Part shown: piece by piece, positions 9,420 to 20,440 of the stretch | How positions within the stretch are numbered: position 1 is the first letter of the stretch | Layout of the letters: the number at the start of each line of letters is the position of its first letter | DNA from: an uncultured Acidimicrobiales bacterium | GTDB taxonomy: Bacteria; Actinomycetota; Acidimicrobiia; Acidimicrobiales; SZUA-35 | Direction: 5' to 3' | NCBI GenBank assembly: GCA_937981915.1 | Contig: CALJMD010000214.1 | Span: 1 to 46,968 of the forward strand | DNA length: 46,968 nucleotides | Translations under genes and position numbers: made by a program | Notes under the pieces: generated by a model | What the model saw: only the letters and a program-made list of their open reading frames with translations | Database searches by the model: none | Told to the model about the DNA's origin: nothing

Positions 9420-10439
9420 ATGACTGACGTACAACTCGACCCAACCAAGCGTCCATTCTGGACTTCCGATCAGGAAGTCCGCTGGTGTCCGGGCTGCGGA
9501 GACTACGGCATCTTGGCCGCCATGCAATTCCTGCACACCGAACTCGATGTCAAACGCGAAGACACCGTGTTTGTGTCAGGAATCGGCTGCGCTGCTCGAT
9601 TCCCCTACTACATGTCGACCTACGGCATGCACACCATCCATGGACGGTCCCCGGCCATCGCCACCGGGCTGGCCATGAGCCGCCCCGACCTGAACGTGTG
9701 GGTAGTGGGGGGCGACGGCGACATGCTGTCAATCGGCGGTAATCATCTGATTCACGCCCTGCGGCGCAACGTCAACATGACGGTGCTGCTGTTCAACAAC
9801 CAGATCTACGGTTTGACCAAAGGTCAATATTCTCCGACCAGTGAGGTTGGCAAAGTCACCAAGTCCACGCCGATGGGTTCGGTGGATCGCCCGTTCAATC
9901 CGATTGCGCTTGCCGCTGGTGCGGGTGCCACCTTCGTGGCTCGAACTCACGACCTCGACCGCAAACATATGATTGAGGTCTTCCGTCGAGCGCACGAGCA
10001 CAAAGGCGCCTCCTTCATCGAGATCTACCAGAACTGCAATGTCTTTAACGACGGGGCATACGATCCGATTCTCAAGCGCGACAGCCGAGCCGACATGATG
10101 ATCAATCTGACTCACGGCGAACAGATCCGGTTCGGGGCCGACGGCAACCGAGGTCTTCAGATCGTGGACGGTGTGGCCGAGATTGTCGACGCCGGCGAAG
10201 TAGGGGAGTCGTCACTGTTGGTGCACGACGAAACCACCGCCAACCCGGCGTTGGCCTTTGCCCTTGGAATGCTGTCACAGGACAACTACAGCCCTACACC
10301 GTTTGGTGTCTTCCGGGCAGTTAGCGCACCGGAGTACGGTGAGGCGGTGAACCGCCAGCTGGCTGAAGCGGCGGAGAAGAGCGGGCCGGGCGATCTTGGC
10401 GACCTGCTGCGTTCATTGGCCACCTGGAGCGTCGACTAG
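9420..10439 (+). CDS. korB: 2-oxoacid:ferredoxin oxidoreductase beta subunit
   Basis: WCPGCG, SGIGC, TPP motif GGDGD...NNQIYGLTKGQ. Confidence 0.93.
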   Translation: MTDVQLDPTKRPFWTSDQEVRWCPGCGDYGILAAMQFLHTELDVKREDTVFVSGIGCAARFPYYMSTYGMHTIHGRSPAIATGLAMSRPDLNVWVVGGDGDMLSIGGNHLIHALRRNVNMTVLLFNNQIYGLTKGQYSPTSEVGKVTKSTPMGSVDRPFNPIALAAGAGATFVARTHDLDRKHMIEVFRRAHEHKGASFIEIYQNCNVFNDGAYDPILKRDSRADMMINLTHGEQIRFGADGNRGLQIVDGVAEIVDAGEVGESSLLVHDETTANPALAFALGMLSQDNYSPTPFGVFRAVSAPEYGEAVNRQLAEAAEKSGPGDLGDLLRSLATWSVD

Positions 10440-10523
10440 GCCCACGAGTATCTGGCCGCCAACGCTCATGCTGGCCCAGACCGGCAACCGCGGGCCAGTG
10501 AATCCAGCCGCTAGCCTGCCGGA

Positions 10524-11582
10524 GTGAGCAAAATCTTTCTGATCCTTTTCAGCTTCGTGCTGGCGGTATCGGCCTGTGGGGTCGACCGCGAGTCGGAGAA
10601 CGCGCTCGATGCCGAGGAGGAGACCGCTTCGACGGCCCCGGCGTCTGATGAGGACGAGGGTACCGAGACCGATGGCGGCGAGGATGAAAGCGCTCTGCCA
10701 ACCTCCACGGTTCCGCCGCTGCAGGCTTCCGAACCACCGGTCACCGCTCCGGCCACCGACATCGCAATCGATGTTGACTTTGGTGACGAGCAGTGGCAGT
10801 TGACCCACGGTGAGCTGAACGAAGTGGCTCTGTCGGTCTGGAACAACGAAGACTTCGTCCGCCGAGGCTTCGGCGGCGCGGTTCCGCCCGGTTTCTACAG
10901 CACAGTCGCCACTGAACAGATCGTGGGCAAAGTGCTCGACCGCCAACTGGCCGAGCTGGGTGCTGAAGCCTCGGATGTCGAAGTGGACGCAGCACGAGGT
11001 TCACTCATGGAACTCATCGTTTCCTGGTACGGAGACAGCGACGACCCTGAAGGCGACGCTCAAGCCATGTTCGACGATGTGCCGTACCTTGAGTTCGTCG
11101 CCGGCCTGCAGGCTGACCAGCAGGCGTTGGTCGAGGCAATCGCCGGAGACGGCAGCGCCGTGGTCGAGGTGCCCTGTGTCCGCCATATCTTGTTGGACGA
11201 GGAGTCGGGCGCCCAAGATGTTCTAGCCGAGCTTGAGGGTGGCGCCGACTTTGCCAACCTGGCCATCGAGCGCTCGACCGGACCTTCCGCCCCGTCGGGA
11301 GGCGATCTCGGTTGCGCCGCATCCAGCAACTACGTGCCTGAATTCGCTGAGGCAGTTGACAACGCTGAGATCGGTCAAGCCATCGGTCCGGTGCAGACGC
11401 AATTCGGCTGGCATGTCATCGTCGTTGAGAGCTACGACGAGCAGCCGGTCGACCCGGCGACCGAGCTGAACGAACGGATCACCGAGGAACTCACCGGTGC
11501 CACGGTTGAGGTCGACCCGGTTATCGGATCCTGGGACACCACGGCACTTCAGATCACCGAGGTTGCCTCCGCCTCCGAGTGA
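10524..11582 (+). CDS. Lipoprotein peptidyl-prolyl isomerase (parvulin, PrsA/SurA-like)
   Basis: Lipobox VSAC; RHILL, FANLAIERS, GGDLG, YVPEF, PVQTQFGWHVI; located upstream of mazG. Confidence 0.85.
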   Translation: MSKIFLILFSFVLAVSACGVDRESENALDAEEETASTAPASDEDEGTETDGGEDESALPTSTVPPLQASEPPVTAPATDIAIDVDFGDEQWQLTHGELNEVALSVWNNEDFVRRGFGGAVPPGFYSTVATEQIVGKVLDRQLAELGAEASDVEVDAARGSLMELIVSWYGDSDDPEGDAQAMFDDVPYLEFVAGLQADQQALVEAIAGDGSAVVEVPCVRHILLDEESGAQDVLAELEGGADFANLAIERSTGPSAPSGGDLGCAASSNYVPEFAEAVDNAEIGQAIGPVQTQFGWHVIVVESYDEQPVDPATELNERITEELTGATVEVDPVIGSWDTTALQITEVASASE

Positions 11583-13048
11583 GCGGGACGCCTCCACGAC
11601 TTATCGTTTGCGGACTGGGGCCGGGCGACCCCCAGTATCGCAGTGCTCAAACTGACGAGTTGCTCACATCGGGTCTACCGGTCTTTCTGCGGACAGCCAG
11701 GCATCCCGGGCTTGGCTCGATGGTCGATTACCGCAGTTTCGACCACCTATACGAGAACGCCGAGACGTTCGACGAGGTGTATCGGCTGATAGCCGAGGCG
11801 TTGCTGGATGAAACGTCCAGGGAGGGCCAGGTCATCTATGCGGTGCCCGGCTCTCCGTTGGTTCTGGAACGCTCGGTAAGGCGGCTTCAGGAAGAGGCCG
11901 AGTTGCGCTCCGATGAGTTAATCCTCGACCTTCTACCGGCCATGTCATTTCTTGATGTCGTGTGGAGCAGATTGCGGGTCGACCCGATTGAGGATGGCGT
12001 CCGCTTGATCGACGGACACCGATTCGCCACTCAGGCTGCCGGGCAGCGTGGACCGCTCCTGGTCGCTCACACCCATGCACAATGGGTGCTCTCCGACATG
12101 AAACTCTCGGTTGACCGATCGCCGTCGGAGCCCGTGGTGGTGCTCCAGCGACTTGGCACGGGCGAAGAATCGGTTGTCGAGGTCCCCTGGGAGGAATTAG
12201 ATCGGATCGACGCCGACCATCTGACAACCGTGTTCATACCGGAGCTTTCTCAGCCGGTCGGTGCTGAGCTGGCGTTGTCGATCGAGATGATGGACCGGCT
12301 TCGCGAACAGTGCCCCTGGGACCGAGATCAAGACCACGGGACACTTCGGAAGTATCTTCGGGAAGAGACATACGAGGTGCTCGACGCTCTCGACGCCGTC
12401 GTGGACGCCGATCCGGACGACGTGGGCCGCCCGTATGAGGAACTCGAAAGCGAGCTGGGTGATCTGTGGTTTCAGATTCTGTTCCACTCCCGACTGGCCG
12501 CTGAGCAAGGTCAGTTCACCGTGGCCGACGTGGCCCGAACGCTTACCGAGAAGATGGTCGAGCGCCACCCTCACGTGTTCGACCCCGCCGTGAGCTTTGA
12601 CGGCGACCTTCTTCCGCCGCAGCCCAGCGGACGCGATGACGATGACACCGGGGACAGTTCGGAAATGGCTAAGACGTGGGAGGCGAAGAAGGCCGAGCAG
12701 TCAGATCGGCTTTCGGTGTTCGACGGCATCCCATCGGACCTTCCCTCACTTGCCTTTGCTGACAAGGCGCTTGGGAGGGCCATCCGGTCCTTTGGTCGGC
12801 CACGTCCGGGCGAGGCCGCAGCTGTGGTCGATTCGGTGTTGGCGGCAACCAGCGACCAGGGCGATGGCCCCGCGGCAATGGGAAAGGTTCTCTTGGCCTT
12901 GGCGTTGCGGGGACGTGAGTTGGGTCTCGACCTTGAACACGAACTTCGTCGAGCGGTTCTGCAGCTACTCGACGAGGTGCGGGCCCTCGAAACAACTGCG
13001 GCAAGCGCTGGCGACGAGAGCCGATCCGAGTCTTGGGTCGTCGGTTGA
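11579..13048 (+). CDS. mazG: YabN-type tetrapyrrole-methylase/MazG nucleotide pyrophosphohydrolase fusion
   Basis: GLGPGD, LRTARHP, YAVPGSPLVLE; MazG domain CPWD..Q, EETYEV, ELGDL, RHPHVF. Confidence 0.88.
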   Translation: MSGTPPRLIVCGLGPGDPQYRSAQTDELLTSGLPVFLRTARHPGLGSMVDYRSFDHLYENAETFDEVYRLIAEALLDETSREGQVIYAVPGSPLVLERSVRRLQEEAELRSDELILDLLPAMSFLDVVWSRLRVDPIEDGVRLIDGHRFATQAAGQRGPLLVAHTHAQWVLSDMKLSVDRSPSEPVVVLQRLGTGEESVVEVPWEELDRIDADHLTTVFIPELSQPVGAELALSIEMMDRLREQCPWDRDQDHGTLRKYLREETYEVLDALDAVVDADPDDVGRPYEELESELGDLWFQILFHSRLAAEQGQFTVADVARTLTEKMVERHPHVFDPAVSFDGDLLPPQPSGRDDDDTGDSSEMAKTWEAKKAEQSDRLSVFDGIPSDLPSLAFADKALGRAIRSFGRPRPGEAAAVVDSVLAATSDQGDGPAAMGKVLLALALRGRELGLDLEHELRRAVLQLLDEVRALETTAASAGDESRSESWVVG

Positions 13049-13080
13049 AACGACAAACCCGATCGATCTGAGATCGATGG

Positions 13081-14334
13081 CTACAGAATTCGAGCCAGCA
13101 GCAGAATCAGTAGCAGGCCAACGACCAGGGTTAGCGCATAGGCCGCGGCGAAAGCGCGTACTTTAGGCGAGATCTGGTCGAGGAAACCCGGCCCTGACCG
13201 GGCGACGCCGTCAGCCCGGCTACTTGTGCCGGTACTGATTGTTCGACGCGGTGTTGTACTCAGGCCATTGGCTCGTCCCCATGTTTGGCCGGTGGGTCCG
13301 GTGGCCGGAGCCGTTTGCTCGCTGAGGGTGGCACCACTGAACGGAGAAGACGATGCGGTTTGCGGGCGAACTTCGACGCCTCGATCCGCCACCGGGGCCT
13401 GCCCCAGAGCGCCGCCCATCGGCACCGCCGAGGGCCCTCGAAGTCCGGTTGACGCCGACCCGCCGGAGCCAAGGACCGAACCTGAGGTCTCCCGATCCGT
13501 CGGGGAGTCTCTGCGACGCCGGTAGTGGAGGTCCTGAAAGAGCTGATGGGCCTCTTCGGCCGACTGAGGGCGCTGCTCCGGCGACTTGTGGAGCAGTTTG
13601 TCGATCAGGTCTGTTAGTTCTTCGCTCAGACCCCGGTTCTTCAAAGACGGATGGTCTTCGCTCATCACCCGATTGATAATCGGGTGGATGGAATCATCCT
13701 TCTTGTCAACAAACGGCACGGACTGAAGGATGGAGGCCAGAAGGCACACACCGAGACCATAAAGGTCGCTGGCGGCGCTGGCCTTCGTGCCACCGAGAAC
13801 CTCAGGTGCGGCGTAGGCGACACTGGCCGTGATCGCCGCCGACGTGGTGTTGGCGCCATCTTGAAGGCGGGCAATTCCGAAGTCACCCAAGACGGCATCG
13901 CCGCTGGATCGCATGAGAATGTTCTCGGGTTTGAGATCACGATGTAGAACGCCTGCGGCGTGGGCCACCGTTAGGGCGCCGGCGATCTGTTCCCCCAGGC
14001 GGCAGAGATCGATTTCACTTAGGCCCTGTCGCCGGAGTTGCTCCCATAGCGTTCCGCCGTCGATGTATTCGAGAGCGAGGTAGGGGCGTCCGTCGGCAAG
14101 GGTTCCCGCCGTATAGACGTCGATGATGTTCGGATGGCCGGAGAGTCGACCGAGAGCCTTGCACTCCCGCTCGAACCGAAGCTTGATGATGTTGTCCTGA
14201 ATCGGGGCGTGGCCGACTTTGACAGCAACCTTGCGGTCGACGTTGGTTTGGCGTGCCAGCCAAACATCGCCGAAGCCGCCGCCACCGATACGTTCGATGG
14301 GCTCAAATCCGTCAAGCTCGAAGGACGTTGCCAT
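13081..14334 (-). CDS. Ser/Thr protein kinase with C-terminal membrane anchor
   Basis: GGGGFG, VAVK, HRDLKPEN, DFG and APE intact; low-complexity linker and terminal TM helix. Confidence 0.9.
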   Translation of the reverse strand: MATSFELDGFEPIERIGGGGFGDVWLARQTNVDRKVAVKVGHAPIQDNIIKLRFERECKALGRLSGHPNIIDVYTAGTLADGRPYLALEYIDGGTLWEQLRRQGLSEIDLCRLGEQIAGALTVAHAAGVLHRDLKPENILMRSSGDAVLGDFGIARLQDGANTTSAAITASVAYAAPEVLGGTKASAASDLYGLGVCLLASILQSVPFVDKKDDSIHPIINRVMSEDHPSLKNRGLSEELTDLIDKLLHKSPEQRPQSAEEAHQLFQDLHYRRRRDSPTDRETSGSVLGSGGSASTGLRGPSAVPMGGALGQAPVADRGVEVRPQTASSSPFSGATLSEQTAPATGPTGQTWGRANGLSTTPRRTISTGTSSRADGVARSGPGFLDQISPKVRAFAAAYALTLVVGLLLILLLARIL

Positions 14335-14550
14335 AGATTAGGACACCGACCTTCTAGCCCGATTGGCGCCGTGTTTGAGATGTGTCATCGGGAGGACCGT
14401 TCATGTGATGGACTCCGGCATGCCGCTCACGGCGAAGGGCTCGTGGCCGGTGTTCGGTGTCGCCTCAAGGCTCAGGTTCGACTGGCGTCAGTGGTGTCAG
14501 GCTCCCGCTGGAGCACTTGAGAAATCATGTCGTTACCAAAGCGATGATAG

Positions 14551-16289
<1,739 letters not shown>

Positions 16290-16467
16290 ACCGTCGCGAC
16301 CGAACGGTGGGGCTGTCGGCCATCACCGACACGGCGTGTCGATACGCCTAACATTTAATCCCAGTCGCAGAGTGTTATTCCGCGACTTTCGCCGGTGTAG
16401 ACCGTCTGAATCAGTGACGAGTCCGCATATGACTAGGGTCTGAGATGCCCGGACATCAGGAGTTGAT

Positions 16468-17511
16468 GTGAATACTGCAGGGAGAAGCACGCTATCCGAC
16501 GACGAGGGAGGCGGATACGGCGAGAAACTCATACCAGAGTGGAGAGTCGGAGCTGACGACCAAACGTTGTTGGCCGGCTTGGCCGTCGTGGCCGCGTTGC
16601 TGTTGGCCTTCGGGTGGTCCATTTGGCGAGGTGGCGATGGCGACATTGTCCCCGCCGTGATCGCCGCTGATGAAGAGAGCGAACCCAGCGAGGAAGTCGC
16701 CGCTCCGGTCAGCACCACCGTGACCACGGCAGCGCCGACCACCACCGAAGCACCAACCACCACCGAAGCACCAAGCACCACTGTCGCTCCGGCTCCCGTA
16801 ATCGGTGACGTTCAAGCCTCAGTCGACCCGTTCCCCGGTGCTATCACGGGAACGAACGACGGTGCTGTTGCCGTTCTTACCGGCTTCGTCGCCAACCAGG
16901 GTGAGAGCGACGAGGCTGAGACTGCGGCCGCCGCAGTTGAAGGAATTGAGTCGGTCGACAATCGCCTTGAGATTCTTGAGCCTGCCGTGCTGTCGGCACT
17001 CCAAGATCAAGGTGTCGCAGGAGCAAGCGCCACTGGCGTCGGTACCGAGATTACGGTCTCCGGCACCATTGACTCTGAAGACAATCGCCAACCGACCCTG
17101 GACGCAGCTGCTGCGGTGCCAGGCGTAACCAACGTGATTGACAATGAGCTGATGGTAAGCGTCACTGCTGACCTGAACGCTCTGCCACAGGTTCAGTTCG
17201 CCACCTCTTCGTCTGACATCCTTCAGGAGTCGAACGCCGATCTTGATGCGGCTGCGGAACTTCTGATTGCCGCCGGCGATGACGTACGCATCGAAGTGCA
17301 GGGTTACACCGACATCCGAGGCGACGAGGCTCTCAACTTGCAGCTGAGCAAGGATCGAGCCAACGCTGTGCGTGAGTATCTGGTTGCAGCCGGAGTAAAC
17401 ACCGACGTACTGACGTCGGAAGGCTACGGCGAGACCGAGCAGTTCGGAGCAGGTGACTCCGACGAAGCGTTGCGAGCCAATCGCCTCGTCCGATTTGAAG
17501 AGATCGGCTAA
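16468..17511 (+). CDS. Membrane-anchored BON + OmpA-like peptidoglycan-binding protein
   Basis: TM helix, Thr/Pro linker (TTTEAP repeats), two BON-like units, OmpA C-domain (GYTD..N..LS..RA.AV..YL, NRLV); SD AGGAG. Confidence 0.85.
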   Translation: MNTAGRSTLSDDEGGGYGEKLIPEWRVGADDQTLLAGLAVVAALLLAFGWSIWRGGDGDIVPAVIAADEESEPSEEVAAPVSTTVTTAAPTTTEAPTTTEAPSTTVAPAPVIGDVQASVDPFPGAITGTNDGAVAVLTGFVANQGESDEAETAAAAVEGIESVDNRLEILEPAVLSALQDQGVAGASATGVGTEITVSGTIDSEDNRQPTLDAAAAVPGVTNVIDNELMVSVTADLNALPQVQFATSSSDILQESNADLDAAAELLIAAGDDVRIEVQGYTDIRGDEALNLQLSKDRANAVREYLVAAGVNTDVLTSEGYGETEQFGAGDSDEALRANRLVRFEEIG

Positions 17512-17547
17512 GCAATCAAAATCTTTGCAAAACGTGCCTGTCCCTAG

Positions 17548-17576
17548 TGGCCAAGACCAAAGTTAGAGTCCATAAT
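17548..17576 (+). promoter_or_regulatory. sigma70-type promoter
   Basis: TGGCCA (17548-53), 17-bp spacer, CATAAT (17571-76). Confidence 0.5.
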
Positions 17577-17581
17577 TAACT

Positions 17582-17677
17582 GGTCTTGAGTAAGAGCACA
17601 ACAAAGTTCGCCCGTCCGACTTCCCTCCCGGACGGTGTGAAAGACGGCCAGCCGTAAGGCTGGCCGTCGCCCTTTTT
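17582..17677 (+). ncRNA. Candidate small RNA with C-rich anti-SD loop
   Basis: Lies between the promoter and an intrinsic terminator; stem 17607-17641 exposes loop ACTTCCCTCC. Confidence 0.45.
17643..17677 (+). terminator. Intrinsic terminator
   Basis: 11-bp perfect stem GACGGCCAGCC / GGCTGGCCGTC, GTAA tetraloop, then GCCCTTTTT. Confidence 0.8.
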
Positions 17678-17840
17678 GGCTAAGGCTGAGGAAGGGCTTG
17701 AAATTTTGACATCGAACTCGGCAGCAGCGGCTGCAGTGTGCAAGAATCGGAGCTGGCGCCGTCCGTACGCACAAGTTTGGGCTGCGGCGCGGCGGCACTG
17801 AAACCCGGATCGCGGTCTGCGATCCGGAGGTACTGACTCT

Positions 17841-18317
17841 ATGAAGGGAGACTCAGTGGAGATCACCGTTGACGTCAACGGATCCAGCCATAGCCATGAC
17901 GTGGAGCCGCGTACGCTGCTCGTTCACTACATTCGCGACCAGGTTGGGTTGACCGGCACAAATATCGGCTGTGACACGTCCTCCTGTGGAGCATGCACTC
18001 TCCACGTGAACGGTGAGGCCGTCAAGTCTTGCACCATGTTGGCCGTCCAGGCCGATGGGCAGGAGGTCAAGACCATCGAAGGCTTGGCCAATGGTGACGA
18101 ACTGCATCCGATGCAGGAAGCGTTCATGAACTGCCATGCGCTCCAATGTGGATACTGCACACCGGGTATGGTCATGGCCTCTGTGTCACTGCTCGACGAG
18201 AATGCCAATCCGAGCGAAGCCGAGGTCCGTGAAGGCCTGGAAGGCAACCTTTGTCGTTGCACCGGCTACCACAACATCGTGAAGGCTGTTCTGTCGGCCA
18301 GCGGAGGTTCCCAGTGA
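17841..18317 (+). CDS. coxS: Molybdenum hydroxylase small 2x[2Fe-2S] subunit (CoxS-like)
   Basis: [28 protein letters not shown]; alternative start GTG 17856. Confidence 0.93.
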   Translation: MKGDSVEITVDVNGSSHSHDVEPRTLLVHYIRDQVGLTGTNIGCDTSSCGACTLHVNGEAVKSCTMLAVQADGQEVKTIEGLANGDELHPMQEAFMNCHALQCGYCTPGMVMASVSLLDENANPSEAEVREGLEGNLCRCTGYHNIVKAVLSASGGSQ

Positions 18318-19144
18318 TTCCAGTCGCATTTGAGTACGTTCGTGCCGCATCGGCCGACGAAGCGCTGGCCGCCTTGGGCGAGCACGGTGATGAGGCCAAA
18401 CTGCTGGCCGGTGGTCACTCCCTTTTGCCGATGATGAAACTGCGCTTGGCCTACCCGGCTGTCGTAGTCGACATCGGTCGACTGAGCGACCTTTCGTATG
18501 TAAACGACGGTGGCGATCACCTGGCTATCGGTGCGCTTACTCGTCACCGAGACATCGAGATCGACCCGCTCGTGGCCGAGCATGCACCGTTGCTGGCCGA
18601 GGCCACCGCTCATGTCGGCGACCCACAGGTTCGCCATCGCGGCACAATCGGCGGATCGCTAGCTCACGCGGATGCTGCCGCTGACCACCCTTCGGCCTTG
18701 CTGGCTCTCGGTGGATCCGTGGTTGCACGCAGCGCTTCAGGTGGGGAACGTGTGATCGCCGCTGATGATCTTTTCGCCGGGTTCCTGGAATCGAACCTGG
18801 AGCCGACAGAGATGATCACCGAGGTCCGCATTCCTAAGCACACCGGTGGGGGCTGGAACTTCCAGAAGTTCAACCGTCGAGCCCAGGATTGGGCCATCGT
18901 CGGCGTTTCGGCTCAACAGGTCAACGGTTCGGCCCGAGTCGCTCTGGTCAACATGCACCCGACACCGGTTCGTGCTGCTGCTGTTGAATCGGCCCTAGCC
19001 GGAGGCGCATCGGCCGCCGAGGCCGCCGAGGTGGCAGCAGAGGGTATGGAACCTTCCGGCGATCTCAACGCGTCGGTTGACTACCGCCAACACTTGGCCC
19101 GCGTCCTAACCCGACGAGCATTGGAAGGCGCCGGCTTTTCGTAA
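18314..19144 (+). CDS. coxM: Molybdenum hydroxylase FAD subunit (CoxM-like)
   Basis: [34 protein letters not shown]; GTG start overlaps the coxS stop (GTGA). Confidence 0.93.
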   Translation: MIPVAFEYVRAASADEALAALGEHGDEAKLLAGGHSLLPMMKLRLAYPAVVVDIGRLSDLSYVNDGGDHLAIGALTRHRDIEIDPLVAEHAPLLAEATAHVGDPQVRHRGTIGGSLAHADAAADHPSALLALGGSVVARSASGGERVIAADDLFAGFLESNLEPTEMITEVRIPKHTGGGWNFQKFNRRAQDWAIVGVSAQQVNGSARVALVNMHPTPVRAAAVESALAGGASAAEAAEVAAEGMEPSGDLNASVDYRQHLARVLTRRALEGAGFS

Positions 19145-19175
19145 GCCGTAGCGTCAAACAGGAGATCCGTCAGCT

Positions 19176-19490
19176 GTGAAAGAGATCCTTCCCGACCTGC
19201 GCCGCTGGCGTAGTCAAGGCCTCAAGGTGGCGTTGGCCCGCGTCGTCGATGTCGACGGCTCAGGCCCTCGGCTCCCCGGCGCGGCCATGGCCGTCAACGA
19301 GAACGGTGAGGTTGCAGGCTCCGTTTCAGGGGGTTGCGTCGAGGGCGCGGTGGTGACTGAATCACTGCAGTGCCTGGAGGACGGATCACGGCGAATTGTC
19401 ACGTTCGGCTACTCCGATGACGAGGCGTTCGCCGTCGGACTCACCTGTGGCGGAACGATTCACCTGTACCTGGAGCCACTCGATTGGTAG
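19176..19490 (+). CDS. xdhC: XdhC/CoxI family, N-terminal part
   Basis: GSGPR.PGA.M, GSVSGGCVE, GLTCGG. Confidence 0.85.
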   Translation: MKEILPDLRRWRSQGLKVALARVVDVDGSGPRLPGAAMAVNENGEVAGSVSGGCVEGAVVTESLQCLEDGSRRIVTFGYSDDEAFAVGLTCGGTIHLYLEPLDW

Positions 19491-19533
19491 CACTTACGAC
19501 GCGGTTAACGCCGTCGAGAGGTGGGTCACTCCT

Positions 19534-20361
19534 ATGACGGGTGAACCGACCGAGCTGTTCGACCTTCTGAGTCGTGCCATCGAGAGCGAGACCCCTGCGG
19601 TCTTGGCGACGGTTGTGGGCCTCGACCCCGCTGATGAGACAGATCCCGCTGACCTCCCGGAGCCGGGAGCGAAGATTCTAATTGGAGTGGACGACGAGCC
19701 TTTGGGCTCGTTGGGCAACGACGACTTGGATCGGGTTGTCATCCGAGACGCCACCGGCGAACTTTCAGCCGGCACAACCGGGCTTCGACATTACGGGCCA
19801 CGGGGTGAGGCGAGGGCAGATGACGTTGCAGTCTTTGTCGAGACGTTCGCCCCGCCTCCCCAGATGTTGATCTTCGGAGCGGTCGACTTCACAGCAGCCC
19901 TCAGCAGGGTGGCTAAGGTTCTTGGCTACCGGGTCACGGTCTGCGATGCCCGACCCGTCTTCGCCACCAACCAGCGCTTCCCCTATGCCGACGAGGTTGT
20001 GGTCGACTGGCCGAATCGACTCTTGACCAAGGTGGGTCCGAAGCTCAGTGGTCGCGATGCGATCTGCATTCTCACTCACGACCCGAAGTTCGACATCCCT
20101 GCAGCGCTCGAAGCGCTACAGACCGATGTCGGCTACATCGGGGCGATGGGGTCGCGCCGCACGACTGAGGATCGCAACGAACGACTGCGCAACGAGGGCG
20201 TCAGCGACGCTGACCTCAGTCGAATCAGGGCACCTATTGGTCTCGATCTCGGGGGTCGCACCCCGGAAGAGACCGCTATTTCTATCTGCGCCGAAATTAT
20301 TTCAATGCGATCAGGCCGAAAGGCTGCCGCACTGAAGGACGTTTCGGGAGCCATCCACTGA
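19534..20361 (+). CDS. xdhC: XdhC/CoxI family, C-terminal part (Rossmann domain)
   Basis: FGAVDF, CDARPVFA, LTHDPKFD, YIGAMGSRR, APIGLDLG.RTPEE; ATG 19534 preceded by GAGGTG. Confidence 0.85.
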   Translation: MTGEPTELFDLLSRAIESETPAVLATVVGLDPADETDPADLPEPGAKILIGVDDEPLGSLGNDDLDRVVIRDATGELSAGTTGLRHYGPRGEARADDVAVFVETFAPPPQMLIFGAVDFTAALSRVAKVLGYRVTVCDARPVFATNQRFPYADEVVVDWPNRLLTKVGPKLSGRDAICILTHDPKFDIPAALEALQTDVGYIGAMGSRRTTEDRNERLRNEGVSDADLSRIRAPIGLDLGGRTPEETAISICAEIISMRSGRKAAALKDVSGAIH

Positions 20362-20440
20362 GGTCCTACACCTCACCAGTACGCAAACCACATCGTCAAA
20401 CACCGACCAGCAACAACAGAAGCACGAGGAGCACGCACAA

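Noticed and set aside
17680-17840. Moco riboswitch upstream of coxS
   Set aside because: Only one simple hairpin (17805-17827) next to the SD; the conserved Moco RNA elements were not recognisable.
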